Both the position numbers and the translations under genes were made by a program. The notes below the pieces were generated by a model. That model made no database searches. It was given only the letters and a program-made list of their open reading frames with translations, and had not been told where the DNA came from. A stretch of DNA of 63,401 nucleotides, filler included, from Globobulimina sp. (Eukaryota), in NCBI GenBank assembly GCA_003354225.1. It is 39 parts of 39 records of this genome, joined end to end, with 100 filler letters (N's around TTAATTAATTAA, not from the genome) between each part and the next. Parts side by side here need not be neighbours in the genome. Positions count along the whole stretch, not along the records: positions 48,859 to 50,385 come from PIVH01015278.1; positions 50,486 to 52,012 come from PIVH01015279.1; positions 52,113 to 53,639 come from PIVH01015280.1; positions 53,740 to 55,266 come from PIVH01015281.1; positions 55,367 to 56,893 come from PIVH01015282.1; positions 56,994 to 58,520 come from PIVH01015283.1; positions 58,621 to 60,147 come from PIVH01015284.1; positions 60,248 to 61,774 come from PIVH01015285.1; 31 more parts are not named here. One strand, 5' to 3'. Numbering within the stretch: the first letter of the stretch is position 1; every line of letters starts with the position of its first letter. Of this stretch, positions 49,631-61,587 are shown in pieces.

Positions 49631-50146
49631 TTATTTCTTTTTAAGTTTAGTGATAGTAAACGCTAAATATCTGTACTCCGCTTCAACTAATTCGCCATCA
49701 GCACCTATTCCTAATCGAACCCATTTACCTCTTGCAGTTTCATGCTTTGTTTGCATGATCTCATCATTTTTATTTTTTTCTATTTTTACAAATTCAATTT
49801 TTGCTTCACATTCAACTAAATAATACTCCTCCAATTCAAATAATATTTTACACCCTGGACATTTCCATGGTTTTGACCAACGTTCAACTAACGGCATTAT
49901 ATTATCACCATATCCTCGTTCATATACAACCGGCTGTTTATACGCTTTACATTCTTGCGTTTCGCAATGACCACCGTAATGCAAACCTCTCCCAGCGGTA
50001 TAATATAAATAAGGATTGTTTCCAAAATCACCTTTTTGCACTGCCTCAACATCTGGGCCTACCACAGCACCTTGGGGGTTGCAATCTTCCTCCGGATCGG
50101 AATCAGTTTCAGCACCATTCTTGTTTTCAAAAAGTTCTTGTGCCAT
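49631..50146 (-). CDS. Hypothetical Zn-binding protein (GL...G.C....C.AY...V....G.G....CP.C module)
   Basis: Complete ORF. The motif resembles the C-terminal module of protist ubiquitin-like-domain proteins (recalled, unverified). Confidence 0.55.
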   Translation of the reverse strand: MAQELFENKNGAETDSDPEEDCNPQGAVVGPDVEAVQKGDFGNNPYLYYTAGRGLHYGGHCETQECKAYKQPVVYERGYGDNIMPLVERWSKPWKCPGCKILFELEEYYLVECEAKIEFVKIEKNKNDEIMQTKHETARGKWVRLGIGADGELVEAEYRYLAFTITKLKKK

Positions 50147-51121
50147 TATTAACTAACAAAAATCTTAATTTAACTTTAAGGAGGCTGGGCAATCTAAATA
50201 GTTTCTAAAATAGTAACTAAATAGTTGCTAAAGCGTTGCTGAATAGGCTAGGTCATATCAAAACACTATTGGGTATAGTGTGTTTTGTTGAACAATGTCT
50301 TATATATTGTTTTGTAATATTCGTAAAACTTGGACTTTTTTCGGAGTCATTTTAAACAATGTCATAAACAGTCTGTTGCTGGGAANNNNNNNNNNNNNNN
50401 NNNNNNNNNNNNNNNNNNNNNNNNNNNNNTTAATTAATTAANNNNNNNNNNNNNNNNNNNNNNNNNNNNNNNNNNNNNNNNNNNNTACCCGAAAGAGTCA
50501 GACCAATACGTGTTGAGATGAGTGGTCCATTGAAGGAAAGTTCAATTCTTTCCCATTTCCCCATTAATATATTTATACTTTCTGTGAGTATCTATTTTTA
50601 ATATCAGTGATTATCATATCAAAACCCTTAGACAAGAGTCTTGCTTTCAGATTATTTTTCCAGTGTTTAGTTGAAATTTTCCCGCTACACGGAACCAAAA
50701 ATACGCTTTCAAATTACTAGTATATTCGAATTTGAATTATAGTAACAAGAGGCTCAAGAGCTGTTTATATAAAAATTATTTGTGTACACGAATATTCGCA
50801 CTTCCAATCAAAATACGTACACAATTATTTGGAACAATACCCAACAAAAAAATTATTTAGGTACATTGTTTTTTTGTTGGTATTATCCCTAAAAAAAACC
50901 CAAAAAACACACTCAACATTTAATTGTCATGTAAGTAATAAGTAATAAGTATATATAGAATCAAAAAGAAAGAAAATTATACAAAATATTTACTGTAAAG
51001 AATTTAATTTAAAGCTACAAAATTACAAAATATAATTTACATTTAATTTATAAAATTATTGGCAATCATCTGGAAATTCATGAAATTTATAATTTGACAA
51101 AAGTGCATTTAATGAATTTTG

Positions 51122-51773
51122 TCATGCTCTAATTTTTGAATTAATTTCACCTCTTCGCATCAACTCATTATATTCATTATTTTCGCACGCTGTGAGTTTC
51201 TGTCTTCGTTGATATTTCTCTTCACCACTCTTAATTATTTATTTTTTTATATTGTATTTTGTATAACTGATATAATTATAAAAATGTATACATGCAACAT
51301 ACAATTTGTTTTGCTTCAACCTTTGTAAGAGTAAAATCAATGGTTGTACGTTTTGAGATGTTATGTACATTTAAATGGATTCCTGTGATTTCCGCAAATA
51401 ACATGGCTAAAGTTGTAATAATATGTGATTTTTGTGTTGCGTTTACTGATTTATATCTATAATCGTACTCTGCGGGGATATTTATTGTAAACTCATGCGA
51501 TTTGGAGGAAGTAACGGATGCAACTTTGCCAATCATAATTCTACGTCTACACGATCCCAATTTATTTGGTTTAACGTTATAAATTGCTTTGTTCGTCAAT
51601 AATAACACACGTTTTTGTGCTTTGCCTTTGCGGTTTATTTTCCATAATTTAGTTGATAATATAACGATTTCTGGCAATGGATGACGGTCGCCATATTTAT
51701 GCAACATTTTCAGCACATTTTTGTCATTTCTTATATTAAGATAATCATGTTCCAGACCATCATCATACGACAT
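51122..51773 (-). CDS. Stand-alone myosin TH1 (PH-like) domain protein; probable intron near 51234-51301
   Basis: DYLNI, KINRKGKAQKRVLLLTNKAIYN, RRI, EFTINIPAEYDYRY. Downstream exon ends at TGA 51122-51124. Confidence 0.8.
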
Positions 51774-51820
51774 GATTCTGATGTTTTTATAAATTACAAA
51801 AACTTTTTTCTACACAAACC

Positions 51821-52012
51821 ATGTCAAGCTTTTCTCGTTTCTTATTTCCAAGCCCGAAATACAATTCAATCCTTGCTGGTGCTTATTGTGCAATCACTGG
51901 CATAGCAGGTTATGTTGCATGGGATCGGCGTCAAAATTTAACATCATATCAAAGAACATCACTTAATTCACTTTCGAGTGTACCCAAATCGTTTATTCAC
52001 TCGCAACCACTC
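51821..52012 (+). CDS. N-terminus of hypothetical protein (transit-peptide-like + TM), divergent from the TH1 gene
   Basis: MSSFSRFLFPSPKY..AITGIAGYVAW; frame open to the contig end. Confidence 0.5.
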
Positions 52013-52112
52013 NNNNNNNNNNNNNNNNNNNNNNNNNNNNNNNNNNNNNNNNNNNNTTAATTAATTAANNNNNNNNNNNNNNNNNNNNNNNNNNNNNNNN
52101 NNNNNNNNNNNN

Positions 52113-53639
52113 CCCCCTGCGTAATACTCGCAAGTTTCGCTGATTCTGTTTGTGTTCCAGTTGGGTTTGGAGACTTGGAATATTGTCTGATATGTATCGC
52201 TGGGTAAAAAAGTAGCCTTTTCTTGCATGATTTCAATGTCCTTATTGTCCAATATCACGCGAATGGAATCTATCTCGGATTCATTTAAATAATGTTGCAA
52301 TATTAATATCGCACGTTGTTCTTCATCCGTTTCCATCAAAGTGGTTACAGATTTTTCCTGAGTCTGTGCAGACAGTGCTTCAAACTCATCCAATTGCCGT
52401 TGTAACGGCTTTTTCTGTCGCCGGGTACTGTGACTATGCGAGGATGAGCCATTCATCATATCATTGTCTTCGATTTGCGGTTCATCGAAGAAGAAATAAC
52501 GATGCGTTTCTTCATAAATCTCTTGATTTTTCGTGAAATATAACACATTTTGTATGCGATCTTTGCCATAAATTGCACGAATACTGTCAGGTGCTTGAAT
52601 ACGTGCAATGTCACTATCTTCGGGGCCCACAATTAACATTAGATCTTTATACACATTTTCACCTTTCACCAACCACGCAACCAAGGCATGGCCCGCCCAA
52701 AATTCACATAATTGATCCATGTAATATTCATCATAATTTTCGTGGTTTAATATATCGCGCAAAGTCTTACGTGGAATATAGGTCTGCGTCTCGTCAAATA
52801 TGTGCAGCATTTCATCCACAAACATACGACGGATATCAGCGCGTTGTTCCTCATTCACATCGGGTTTAAATATAATGATCGCTCGTTCGTTATTATCATA
52901 AGATTGCGCGGTTTTATTCGTATGCACCGACGGTGCTAATTTACTGATTACAGTGCCTTGTTCATTAAAAAAATATTATAAAAATATATCCAGGCAACCA
53001 AAACAAAAGTTTTTTTTATATATATATTTAGTTTTTGATGCAACAGACCTTTATCATTGTCGTCGTCCGAGGCAACAGTGCCAGCTTCAAAGAAATGTGC
53101 ACATTTTGACTGATAATCTCGTACAGATAGAGTGATATAGGCAGCTGTGGTTAATTTATATTTCTCCAATTCCAAACGTAGCTGATCCAGTAACACGTAT
53201 CCATTCTGTCGACATACATGCAACGCCAATATCTCACCATTATCGAACGTAGCTAATAATTCATCAAATTGCTGCTTTGGTATCGGTGGTCCGTCACTAC
53301 CAAACGAAGAATATCCATCATTGAACATCTCCGATATGACTTTGCTCGGCAAATACGACGTTAACTCATCGACAATGATAAACTTATTCTGTGTCATGCG
53401 CGATTTGATGCGTTCTAAAATCACCGCATTCGATATCACCACAGAGGACAACAACACCAATGCATATTCATCATCGCGTGTCGGTGTCGCACTTTGTTGA
53501 GTTTGTTGAGTCTGTTGCTGTGTGGCCAATGCGCTTAATTTTGCATTGAGATAATCAAATTGTGTCAATGTATTGACATTTGCAGCCACTTTGGCCTCTG
53601 CTGGATGGTCATGGTCAGGCACCAATGGGATATCCGTAT
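52113..53639 (-). CDS. Tandem nucleoside-diphosphate-kinase-like domain protein (apparently non-catalytic); intron 52936-53048
   Basis: AIIIFKPD, VGPEDS..AR..APDSIRAIYGKDRIQN, ending in FF. At least three repeats. Confidence 0.8.
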
Positions 53640-53906
53640 NNNNNNNNNNNNNNNNNNNNNNNNNNNNNNNNNNNNNNNNNNNNTTAATTAATTAANNNNN
53701 NNNNNNNNNNNNNNNNNNNNNNNNNNNNNNNNNNNNNNNAAAAATCCGATATTATAATATTAGAGCTGTAATATTCGATCGAAATATTACGGAGAGTAAT
53801 ATTATGCATATAATATTACAAAAACTGGAAAACAAATATTAATTCCATTTCTACTACGTCATCAACCCCCCCGTGTAAATGCAAGTTACGGACTAACTAA
53901 CTTGAA

Positions 53907-54793
53907 ATGAATGAAGACGTAATCAAAGAATTATGGAGAACTGATCAAAAATGTGAGATATATTCCGTTTCAAAGAGAATGTGGTTTGCAGGGGAAATCA
54001 CGGATATATTTTTTGATGACGAAGGTGAATGGATTGAAGTTAAATATAATCGAACATGCACAAAGCAGGTACAACGATGCAGTGAAAACATCAGACCACA
54101 TCCAGACGATTTTGACGATGGAAAGTCCACTATGGTATAAGACAAATATATATGAACAAAAATACAATTAATACCAAAATATAAAAAATGATGCAGATAT
54201 TAATCAGTGGTTATCTTCGGAACATACAACATCAAATATTGAATTCAACCGTCATCCCAAAGGAGCTCAATGTTGTTTTTTTCTCGTTTTACTTTGTTGG
54301 CAATGCCTCATTGCTCGATGGAAATTCATTGAATGATACACATGAATATACGCATAATAATAATCCATTGTCTCTGTCCTCAAAATGTAGAAACGAATCA
54401 GTTCTAGCTTCAGCTTCACAAACCACTCAGAAAACGAATTTGCAGAATGCATTAATATGCACCTCCAGCTACAGTTAAATAAATAAATACATTTCTATCT
54501 ATCTATTTTGTAGTAATACTTTGATCCAATCAGCAACTATTTGGACACTGAAACACGACCAAATTATGTGTACAATGAGCGAATTATTATTTGAAATAAC
54601 TGAAATGTTTAAAACAGAGCATATCAGAAAGTTGGCAAAACAATTACAAAAACAATTGTTTTATGTAATACAAAATATGAATAAGAAAAAGAAGTTGCTG
54701 GTATTGGGATACATTCGCTCTGTTCAAATATCATTAATAGATAGAATTATTCCAATGGATGTTAAAGAATTATGTTTGTTGTATTATATATAG
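53907..54793 (+). CDS. Tudor/SH3-like small beta domain + two copies of the LxxGYxR..IP motif; intron 54135-54196; second junction unresolved
   Basis: W....KCEIYS.S...WF.GEI...EW..V.Y....KQVQR....IRP; the phase-0 intron joins it to ILISGYLR. Confidence 0.65.
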
Positions 54794-55366
54794 AAATGCC
54801 TCTTTTTAGAATCTAAATTATCATATTTTCTTCACTCAAATTGCACATCATTGACAGCAAACTTTCAAAACATTGTAATGAACAATATTTTTAAGAGTAG
54901 AAAACTTAATCGGGTTAATTATGGAATACTGGCTGTTTGTGATTAGAATTTAATTTTGATCCCACAAACTTTAAATTGTCTGATTTATTCATTGGACAAA
55001 GATTTATTTAATCTGAGTTTTTGTTCTGGATAAATCCGACAAATTAAAGGATTCTCTATAATTTCTGCAACAATTGAGTCAGTTCAAACAAATCTAGTCA
55101 TTGACCTTACAGAGAGTTGTGACCTGATCTTATAGATAATGCTGTGGATTTCTATCCCTTTCTAAGACTACTTTGCCATTGACTATATGTGTGAGACTAA
55201 GAGTGTTTTGTTAACTAAGTTTTTGCTTACTACACTTTCATACTGCTTTCTAAACTTATATTACTTNNNNNNNNNNNNNNNNNNNNNNNNNNNNNNNNNN
55301 NNNNNNNNNNTTAATTAATTAANNNNNNNNNNNNNNNNNNNNNNNNNNNNNNNNNNNNNNNNNNNN

Positions 55367-55543
55367 TGTACGTACAGCATTTCCAATAAATAACGGAAAT
55401 TGTGGCAATGGGTGTGGTGTGTTTGCAAATTCTTGCTCGTTCTCTTCAGCATAAAAATATATTGTGTCTAGAATTAATCGTTTAAAGCTATCATTCTGTC
55501 CACCTTCTGCACCTTCTGCATCAGATTTCAGCTCCTGTGCCAT
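55367..55543 (-). CDS. N-terminus of hypothetical protein
   Basis: MAQELKSDAEG.., open to the contig edge, divergent from Nse3. Confidence 0.45.
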
Positions 55544-55630
55544 TGACGACGGGTATTTTTTGTGGGTTACATCGGAGTGACCAAACTCCAAAATTTATGT
55601 TATAATCTTTTACTGCAAGAATTATTTATA

Positions 55631-56508
55631 ATGGCAAATCAAAGAGACATCCAACGTAAAACAGTCGGGTTTGTTGATTTCATGCAAATAATACAATTAG
55701 GACTTTGACATTGTAATGCGATACAGCGATGTAGTGCGTTTTATTCTATTTTCAACACAAACGAAAAAACCAATAAAAAAAAGTGATCTCTCTGCAATAG
55801 TTAGAAAAGGTATTTTCTTTTCCAGTTAAATTTAATGAAAGACAAATAAAACCAAATTAAATTGCAAAACAAACAGCAAACATTGCAAAACCACAAGAGA
55901 TCATTGATGAGGCAAAACAGAAATTATCGCAAGGATTTGGTTTTGATTTAGTAGAAAGTAATAAATCATCATATTTTGTTGTGGTACAAAGCAATGACAA
56001 CGAAGAAGAGAGCATATTACGAGGTAAAATGTTAAATTATGATGAAAATCTAAAAGAACATCGTGGATTAATATCGGTGGTATTACAATTACTTATTTTA
56101 TCTGGAAATAGATGCGAAAAAACAATATTTTCGCATCGGTTATTTGGTAAATTGGATACATCAAAGTTTGGTTCACCAAAACAAATTATTCAAGATCTAA
56201 AACAACAAAAATGGATCGCAGAAGAAAAAGAAACAACGAATGGTGATGAAAGAACTTATTATAAAATTGGACCACGCGCAAATATTGAAACATTATCTGA
56301 ATGGCAATATAATGCCGCATTCAAATTAGTGAACGGCATTGAACCCCCCGATGATGACCGGGCATTGCAACGAATTATTCAAGAAAAAAGAAATGCAAAT
56401 AATAATAATAGAAACAGAAATAATAATCTATCACAAAGACGAGGGAGAGGCAGAGGAAGAGGAAGAGGGCGAGGAAGAGGCAGAGGAAGTGTTAGACGAA
56501 GAAGATAA
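55631..56508 (+). CDS. NSE3: Nse3/MAGE-family subunit of SMC5/6 with RG-repeat tail; introns 55669-55726 and 55810-55876
   Basis: Spliced frame DVVRFILF..KKPIKKSDL..IIDEAKQKLSQGFGFDLVE..GLISVVLQLLILSGN..YYKIGPRANIE is the MAGE homology domain. Both intron phases check. Confidence 0.88.
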
Positions 56509-56993
56509 TTTCACAGACAATATTGAATTGTTTTAGTTATATTTAAATGTCTAATCTAAGTATTTTTTGCATTTTTGAATGTTTTTGCAGTCGCAACCAC
56601 GGTAAACATTGGCTTAGTGCAAAGATAAGGCGAATATATCAGATAAAAAATTTAGTAGCAATCAATTAAAAAAAAAAAACAGAAAAAAAAATTCGTGACT
56701 AAAAAAAAAAAACGTGTATATGCAATAAAAAAACGACAACAACCGATTTTGATAAAAACAAAAAAAAACAGAAATTATATCATTTAATTTTTAGATTTAC
56801 TTTTTTCAATATCCATGAATAGTAATTTGCGATTTTTCAACAATACCAAGTTTAACCACAAAATCCGGTATTTCCCGTCGAAAATCACCTTGANNNNNNN
56901 NNNNNNNNNNNNNNNNNNNNNNNNNNNNNNNNNNNNNTTAATTAATTAANNNNNNNNNNNNNNNNNNNNNNNNNNNNNNNNNNNNNNNNNNNN

Positions 56994-58446
56994 CTTCACT
57001 GATCAATTCTGACTTATTTGCATATCCATTCTTATAGGAAATAACATGCGGTTTACTAAAATGATGTTGCAATGCTGATGACACTGTTTTTATTTTATTC
57101 TCATTAATATCCAGCGACACACTGAAAAATGGTTGATACCCCACGGAAGGTCGCATTTTTTTGCTTTTTCGCTGCGATCGTATAATTTGATAATATTCCC
57201 CACCAAATAACATTGATATTAATGATTCATTCATTTTTAGTTTATGTGCAACTGATGTCTTACGGTGAATATTTTTTGTCACTAACTTCCATCCGTGATC
57301 CATATTTCTCTCTTTCTTTTCCTCTCTCCTTTGCAGCTCCGCAGTGTTATCATTTTTATTTTGCTGCTGTTGCTCTCTGAGCGCCTTCCTCTGCTTACGA
57401 GATTTAGAGTGTTTGCCAGGAGCAGAATTGTTGTCATTTTTAGAGTTTTCAGTCTGTTTCGAAGTTTTATTTGAGAGTGACAGTGATTGCGTTGATTCAT
57501 TTATATCCTTTTTGTTCCATACCATTTCATCATGAAGATTTGCAACAATCCATCCCAGAAATTCATGTGCATCTTGTTGTCCATGACCCATTCTACCGAT
57601 TGAATGTCTAAATTTATCTAAAATGGATATCAACGATTTTGGATGATTTATCTTTGAGTAATTGGTATGATTATAATTGATGGAATCCAGCTGTTTTTTG
57701 TGATTACTGCTCTTTTTATTTTTATGTCTACTTTTATGACTATGCTGTGATGAGATATTAAATAAATGCATGATATCATGTAACGTTTTGGTAAATGGTC
57801 CAATATTTGCTGCAGTTTTGGGGTTTTTTATACTTGAAAATATAGTGATTACCAATGGTAAGGATAAGATAGTTTGAATAATCGCATTTGTGTAACAATC
57901 AACATTTCTATTACATATTCCACGATTTCGAACTCCATAAATATTGTTTGAACAAAATATGTCTTTTTCATTATCAATGTATTGTTTTTTGAGTGTATTT
58001 AATGCGGATTGCCTTTGCTGTTCTATTTTGATTGTTTGCTGTTCTAATTTAATGCGGATTGCCTTTTGCCTGTCCAGTTCTTGTTTGCTTATTTGATTGT
58101 TATGAGTGTTATTTGCATGATATGATGGAGCTGATGACATTGACAGTGTGTCATAACGATTTGATGTTGGCGCAAATTTTCTGGATTTCGATGTTAACGC
58201 AGCAAATGACACTGATCCGTTTGTGTTATTGTTACTTTGCGATTGATTTTTATTATTATTGTTACCATTTAATGTTGGCCATTGTTGTTTGCCTTGTTTT
58301 TGCCTTTTTTTCCTATTTTTCCTATTTTTTGTTGAGCGCGATTGTGTTTGGGATGGTGATGGTGGCTTTGTCGAACGTGACTGTTGCTGTTTAGGTGGTG
58401 CAGCAATCTGAGACCAATTAATTCCAGTACTAGAGGGTGTTGCCAT
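56994..58446 (-). CDS. Ubiquitin-specific protease (C19), USP10/Ubp3-like; 3' truncated
   Basis: Cys box RGICNRNVDCYTNAIIQ, GQQDAHEFL, SLISMLFGG, QPFFSVSLDI. Confidence 0.88.
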
Positions 58447-58620
58447 TATGTGACAAACTGGTTAGTCATTTTACTGGTGTGATAATGTCAGCAGCAAAAA
58501 AATTAATTGAAACCGATCCGNNNNNNNNNNNNNNNNNNNNNNNNNNNNNNNNNNNNNNNNNNNNTTAATTAATTAANNNNNNNNNNNNNNNNNNNNNNNN
58601 NNNNNNNNNNNNNNNNNNNN

Positions 58621-58729
58621 GCCTGATATCTAACTCGGCCGCATAACCCGCCTCGAACTTAGAATCATATTTATAGCCGTTGTATTCGGTTCTAACGGCT
58701 GATGTAAATTTCTTTTTGGTGGTATACAT
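58621..58729 (-). CDS. Phage DUF1064-like protein N-terminus (not in ORF track)
   Basis: MYTTKKKFTSAVRTEYNGYKYDSKFEAGYAAELDIR matches the K.....T..DG..FDSK.EA..Y..L pattern. Confidence 0.7.
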
Positions 58730-58980
58730 ATTTGATAACACAATTAATTGATATTAGAGCCAAGACTCAGCATTCCGCTTGAGTGGATATTCCGCATGTA
58801 ACTACCATGGCTACCGCATCCGATAGAGGTTAAATCTTGGCACTGATACAAACTAATTAATATAAGTTGGTGAATCCAGGTTTATCAAGCCCATGAAAAA
58901 TTCATGTATTGAGTGTGAAACAATATAAATTCACCACCTATATCAACTAGCTGGTAGTATACCTTTCTCGATAGCATAGT

Positions 58981-59424
58981 CTAGTCAAAATGTACTACCC
59001 GCATAAATTCCTCTTCGGTCATCCCTTTGCCGTATCGTTTTAGAAATCCACCGATGCAATCTTTGAACAGTTCTCTAAATTCCAGTTCTTCCATTTCATC
59101 GAAGGCGATCGACTTGGGCCAGTACTGTGTTGCTGGCTGTACGTGGTTGCACTTCTCGCACTTCACCCGCCCTAATACAACCTCTTCAAAATGCCCGCCA
59201 ATCATCTGCAGGACTTTGCGCCACACGTTTTTATTGTCGTGATCATCCTGCATATCCATGGTCACACCGACCAGCTTGAAGAACCGCCGATGATTGCCAG
59301 GACAGCGGGTTTTTTTAATCTCGACCATGACGAGCTCGCCGTATGATAATTTTTCTAACGCTTCCTGTGTTTCACTGCAGGCCGGTGCTAATGAGCCAGC
59401 CATTTTTTTCATTACGCCTTTCAT
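58981..59424 (-). CDS. Phage DUF1367-family protein
   Basis: L.P......L.KL..GE.V.VE.KK.R....HRRFF.L, GHFE, PKSIAF..M.E.EF..L. Confidence 0.8.
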   Translation of the reverse strand: MKGVMKKMAGSLAPACSETQEALEKLSYGELVMVEIKKTRCPGNHRRFFKLVGVTMDMQDDHDNKNVWRKVLQMIGGHFEEVVLGRVKCEKCNHVQPATQYWPKSIAFDEMEELEFRELFKDCIGGFLKRYGKGMTEEEFMRVVHFD

Positions 59425-59426
59425 AT

Positions 59427-59633
59427 TTAGTCTTTTAACCCTATCTCGGTATAGCCTTTGATTATCGATGGTACTGATTCCACAACGCTTGTTGATGAAC
59501 GATGATATCCAGTAAGGAGATTAACTCTGCAATCATACCGGCAGATCACACCGTCGCTTCGTTTATAAAATTCTTTGTTGTATTCCATAGCCAGGAAGTG
59601 TTTTCTGAACTTCGCTAAATATTGTTTAGTCAT
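59427..59633 (-). CDS. Phage hypothetical protein
   Basis: Tightly packed, co-directional ORF overlapping its neighbour. Confidence 0.6.
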   Translation of the reverse strand: MTKQYLAKFRKHFLAMEYNKEFYKRSDGVICRYDCRVNLLTGYHRSSTSVVESVPSIIKGYTEIGLKD

Positions 59634-59835
59634 TTTTAACTCTAAGCCTGCAGTTTGATAAATTAATTAAATGATCAATCGAGAAAATGAATTTAAAACC
59701 CGGCACATCGGGGCTTTCACCGAAAATTCGCTTATGCACTAGATGGGCGTAACGAGTAGCGACGGCGAGTTGCTGTTCTGTCTCACACCCTAAGACAACT
59801 CTGGTCATTTTTTTTGTAAGCTGCATGTTTGTCAT
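59626..59835 (-). CDS. Phage hypothetical protein
   Basis: ATGA stop/start overlap with the upstream ORF; AGGAG upstream. Confidence 0.65.
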   Translation of the reverse strand: MTNMQLTKKMTRVVLGCETEQQLAVATRYAHLVHKRIFGESPDVPGFKFIFSIDHLINLSNCRLRVKND

Positions 59836-60147
59836 ATTGACTCCTGTTTAGCTGCTTTTTTTTGTGCGTATTCTTCTTTTAGCTCTTGCATGGTTTGCTC
59901 GAGTGATTTCTTTGGCCCTTTGGGTTTCGGTGCGAACATTGATTTTAAGTCGTCAAGCGCCTGCTTTGCGTGACTGTTCGTTGATGATTCTTTGGCTGCG
60001 CTTTCAAGTAGGTTTGTTAATTGCGGTGTGTCGTCGCGAAGGTCTGGCAATAGCTGCTCGGCTTTGCGCTGGCTAATTCTACCGCTTGCCGCTGCCTGCT
60101 CTATCGCTGCCCGCCTGCCATCCTTGTCGCTACCCAGTGACATAAAC
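59832..60147 (-). CDS. Phage hypothetical protein C-terminus (replication-region type)
   Basis: SLG.D...R..AI..A...GRI motif; in an operon with DUF1367. Confidence 0.6.
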
Positions 60148-60247
60148 NNNNNNNNNNNNNNNNNNNNNNNNNNNNNNNNNNNNNNNNNNNNTTAATTAAT
60201 TAANNNNNNNNNNNNNNNNNNNNNNNNNNNNNNNNNNNNNNNNNNNN

Positions 60248-60588
60248 GTGTTCCAAAAAGTCAGATTTAGAATGTCTGTTCGTAGCGTTTGGTTATTAAT
60301 CAGATAAATTGCATTTTTTAGTGAACCAAATTGTTTCAATCTGCCATATTGCCTAACAACTGAAATATAAAATTGATTCATGAGAATTGTCGCGTTTTCA
60401 TTATTGATGAATGTAGCATTTGGAATTGCAGACAAAAGTTCATTGTCATCTTGGACTAATTCCAGGGATCCTGTGAGATCAATGATTTTTTGCTTTATTT
60501 GATTGATGGGTGGATCCGGACTTGCTACTCCATCAATTATTTGCATTAAACACATTAAAACCCACAATAAACACATTACTGCTGCCAT
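60248..60588 (-). CDS. Secreted protein N-terminus
   Basis: Signal peptide MAAVMCLLWVLMCLMQIIDG; frame open to the contig edge. Confidence 0.55.
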
Positions 60589-60750
60589 TAGTTACTGTAC
60601 AGTGAACTGTTTGATTATTTATTTTTATGTTGTTTGCGAGGAGAAAAAGAGACCACTCTTTGATAATTTATAAAATATCGCAATTTATAAGTAATTTTGT
60701 TTATAAATGGAAACAAAAGTCATTTATTATAGCTGTTTTAAATTCTTATT

Positions 60751-61587
60751 TTATATGTTTTCTATATCAGATAATTGTTTCCCCATAACCTCTTTGACCA
60801 CCATTTCAGTGATATCCGTCACAGCGCTAACCGTTTTCGTTAAATTCGCTAAAAACTGATTTGCATCGTGATGGGCAACTAAATCAGTAACACCTTTTAA
60901 TGCAATTAATTTACACCCCCAATTTGCGCACATTTCAGCAATAGCCGCACATTCCATATCTTTACAAACTACACCCTCTTTTTTATATATTTGCTGATCA
61001 TGCACGGTATAATCAAATGCATTGCTGCTGGCAAAACATTTGGCAATTTTTAATGATTTAATTTGTTTGTTTAGATATTGCGAACCAAATAATTCATAAT
61101 GCCCACTATCCCATGGTTGAAATTGCGGAATCGGCACTCTACGATCTGAATAAATTGCTTTTTGTCCAATAAACACATCTGCAATGTTTACAACTTCATT
61201 TTCTTGCTTATCATTATCGTCATTGTTTTTTGCATCATCGAAACAATATTTTGGTACAATGCCACCGCATGTTCCTGCATTAATTATTAAATCCGGAGAT
61301 ATTTTATCAATGGTTAAGTAAGCACATAATGCCGCCCATTGAGTGCCAACACGATCACATTTATGTCTTAAATCTTTACCATTCACAACACAAAATATTG
61401 TCTCATCATCGTTTGTATAAACTGGAAATGGTCCCAATTGTTGTGAATATTGCTTTGATTCTTTTAATTTTAATCTATCAATCAAAGGGTTTGCTTCTTT
61501 CATCATTGCGTATAATATGGCAATTTTATTTATTTTTTTATCTTTCACGTTTGAATCTGTGTCTATCTTTTGTTCTGGCTTTGACAT
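60751..61587 (-). CDS. MTN: 5'-methylthioadenosine/S-adenosylhomocysteine nucleosidase (plant-type MTN)
   Basis: AM..EA.P, GKD.....D.VGT, PDLIINAGTCGG, DRRVPIP.F, KDMECAAIA, KGVTDLV. Confidence 0.92.
   Translation of the reverse strand: MSKPEQKIDTDSNVKDKKINKIAILYAMMKEANPLIDRLKLKESKQYSQQLGPFPVYTNDDETIFCVVNGKDLRHKCDRVGTQWAALCAYLTIDKISPDLIINAGTCGGIVPKYCFDDAKNNDDNDKQENEVVNIADVFIGQKAIYSDRRVPIPQFQPWDSGHYELFGSQYLNKQIKSLKIAKCFASSNAFDYTVHDQQIYKKEGVVCKDMECAAIAEMCANWGCKLIALKGVTDLVAHHDANQFLANLTKTVSAVTDITEMVVKEVMGKQLSDIENI

Noticed and set aside
53768-53819. AT-rich palindromes (GTAATATT...AATATTAC, twice)
   Set aside because: Short, low-complexity and at a contig edge; no further support.
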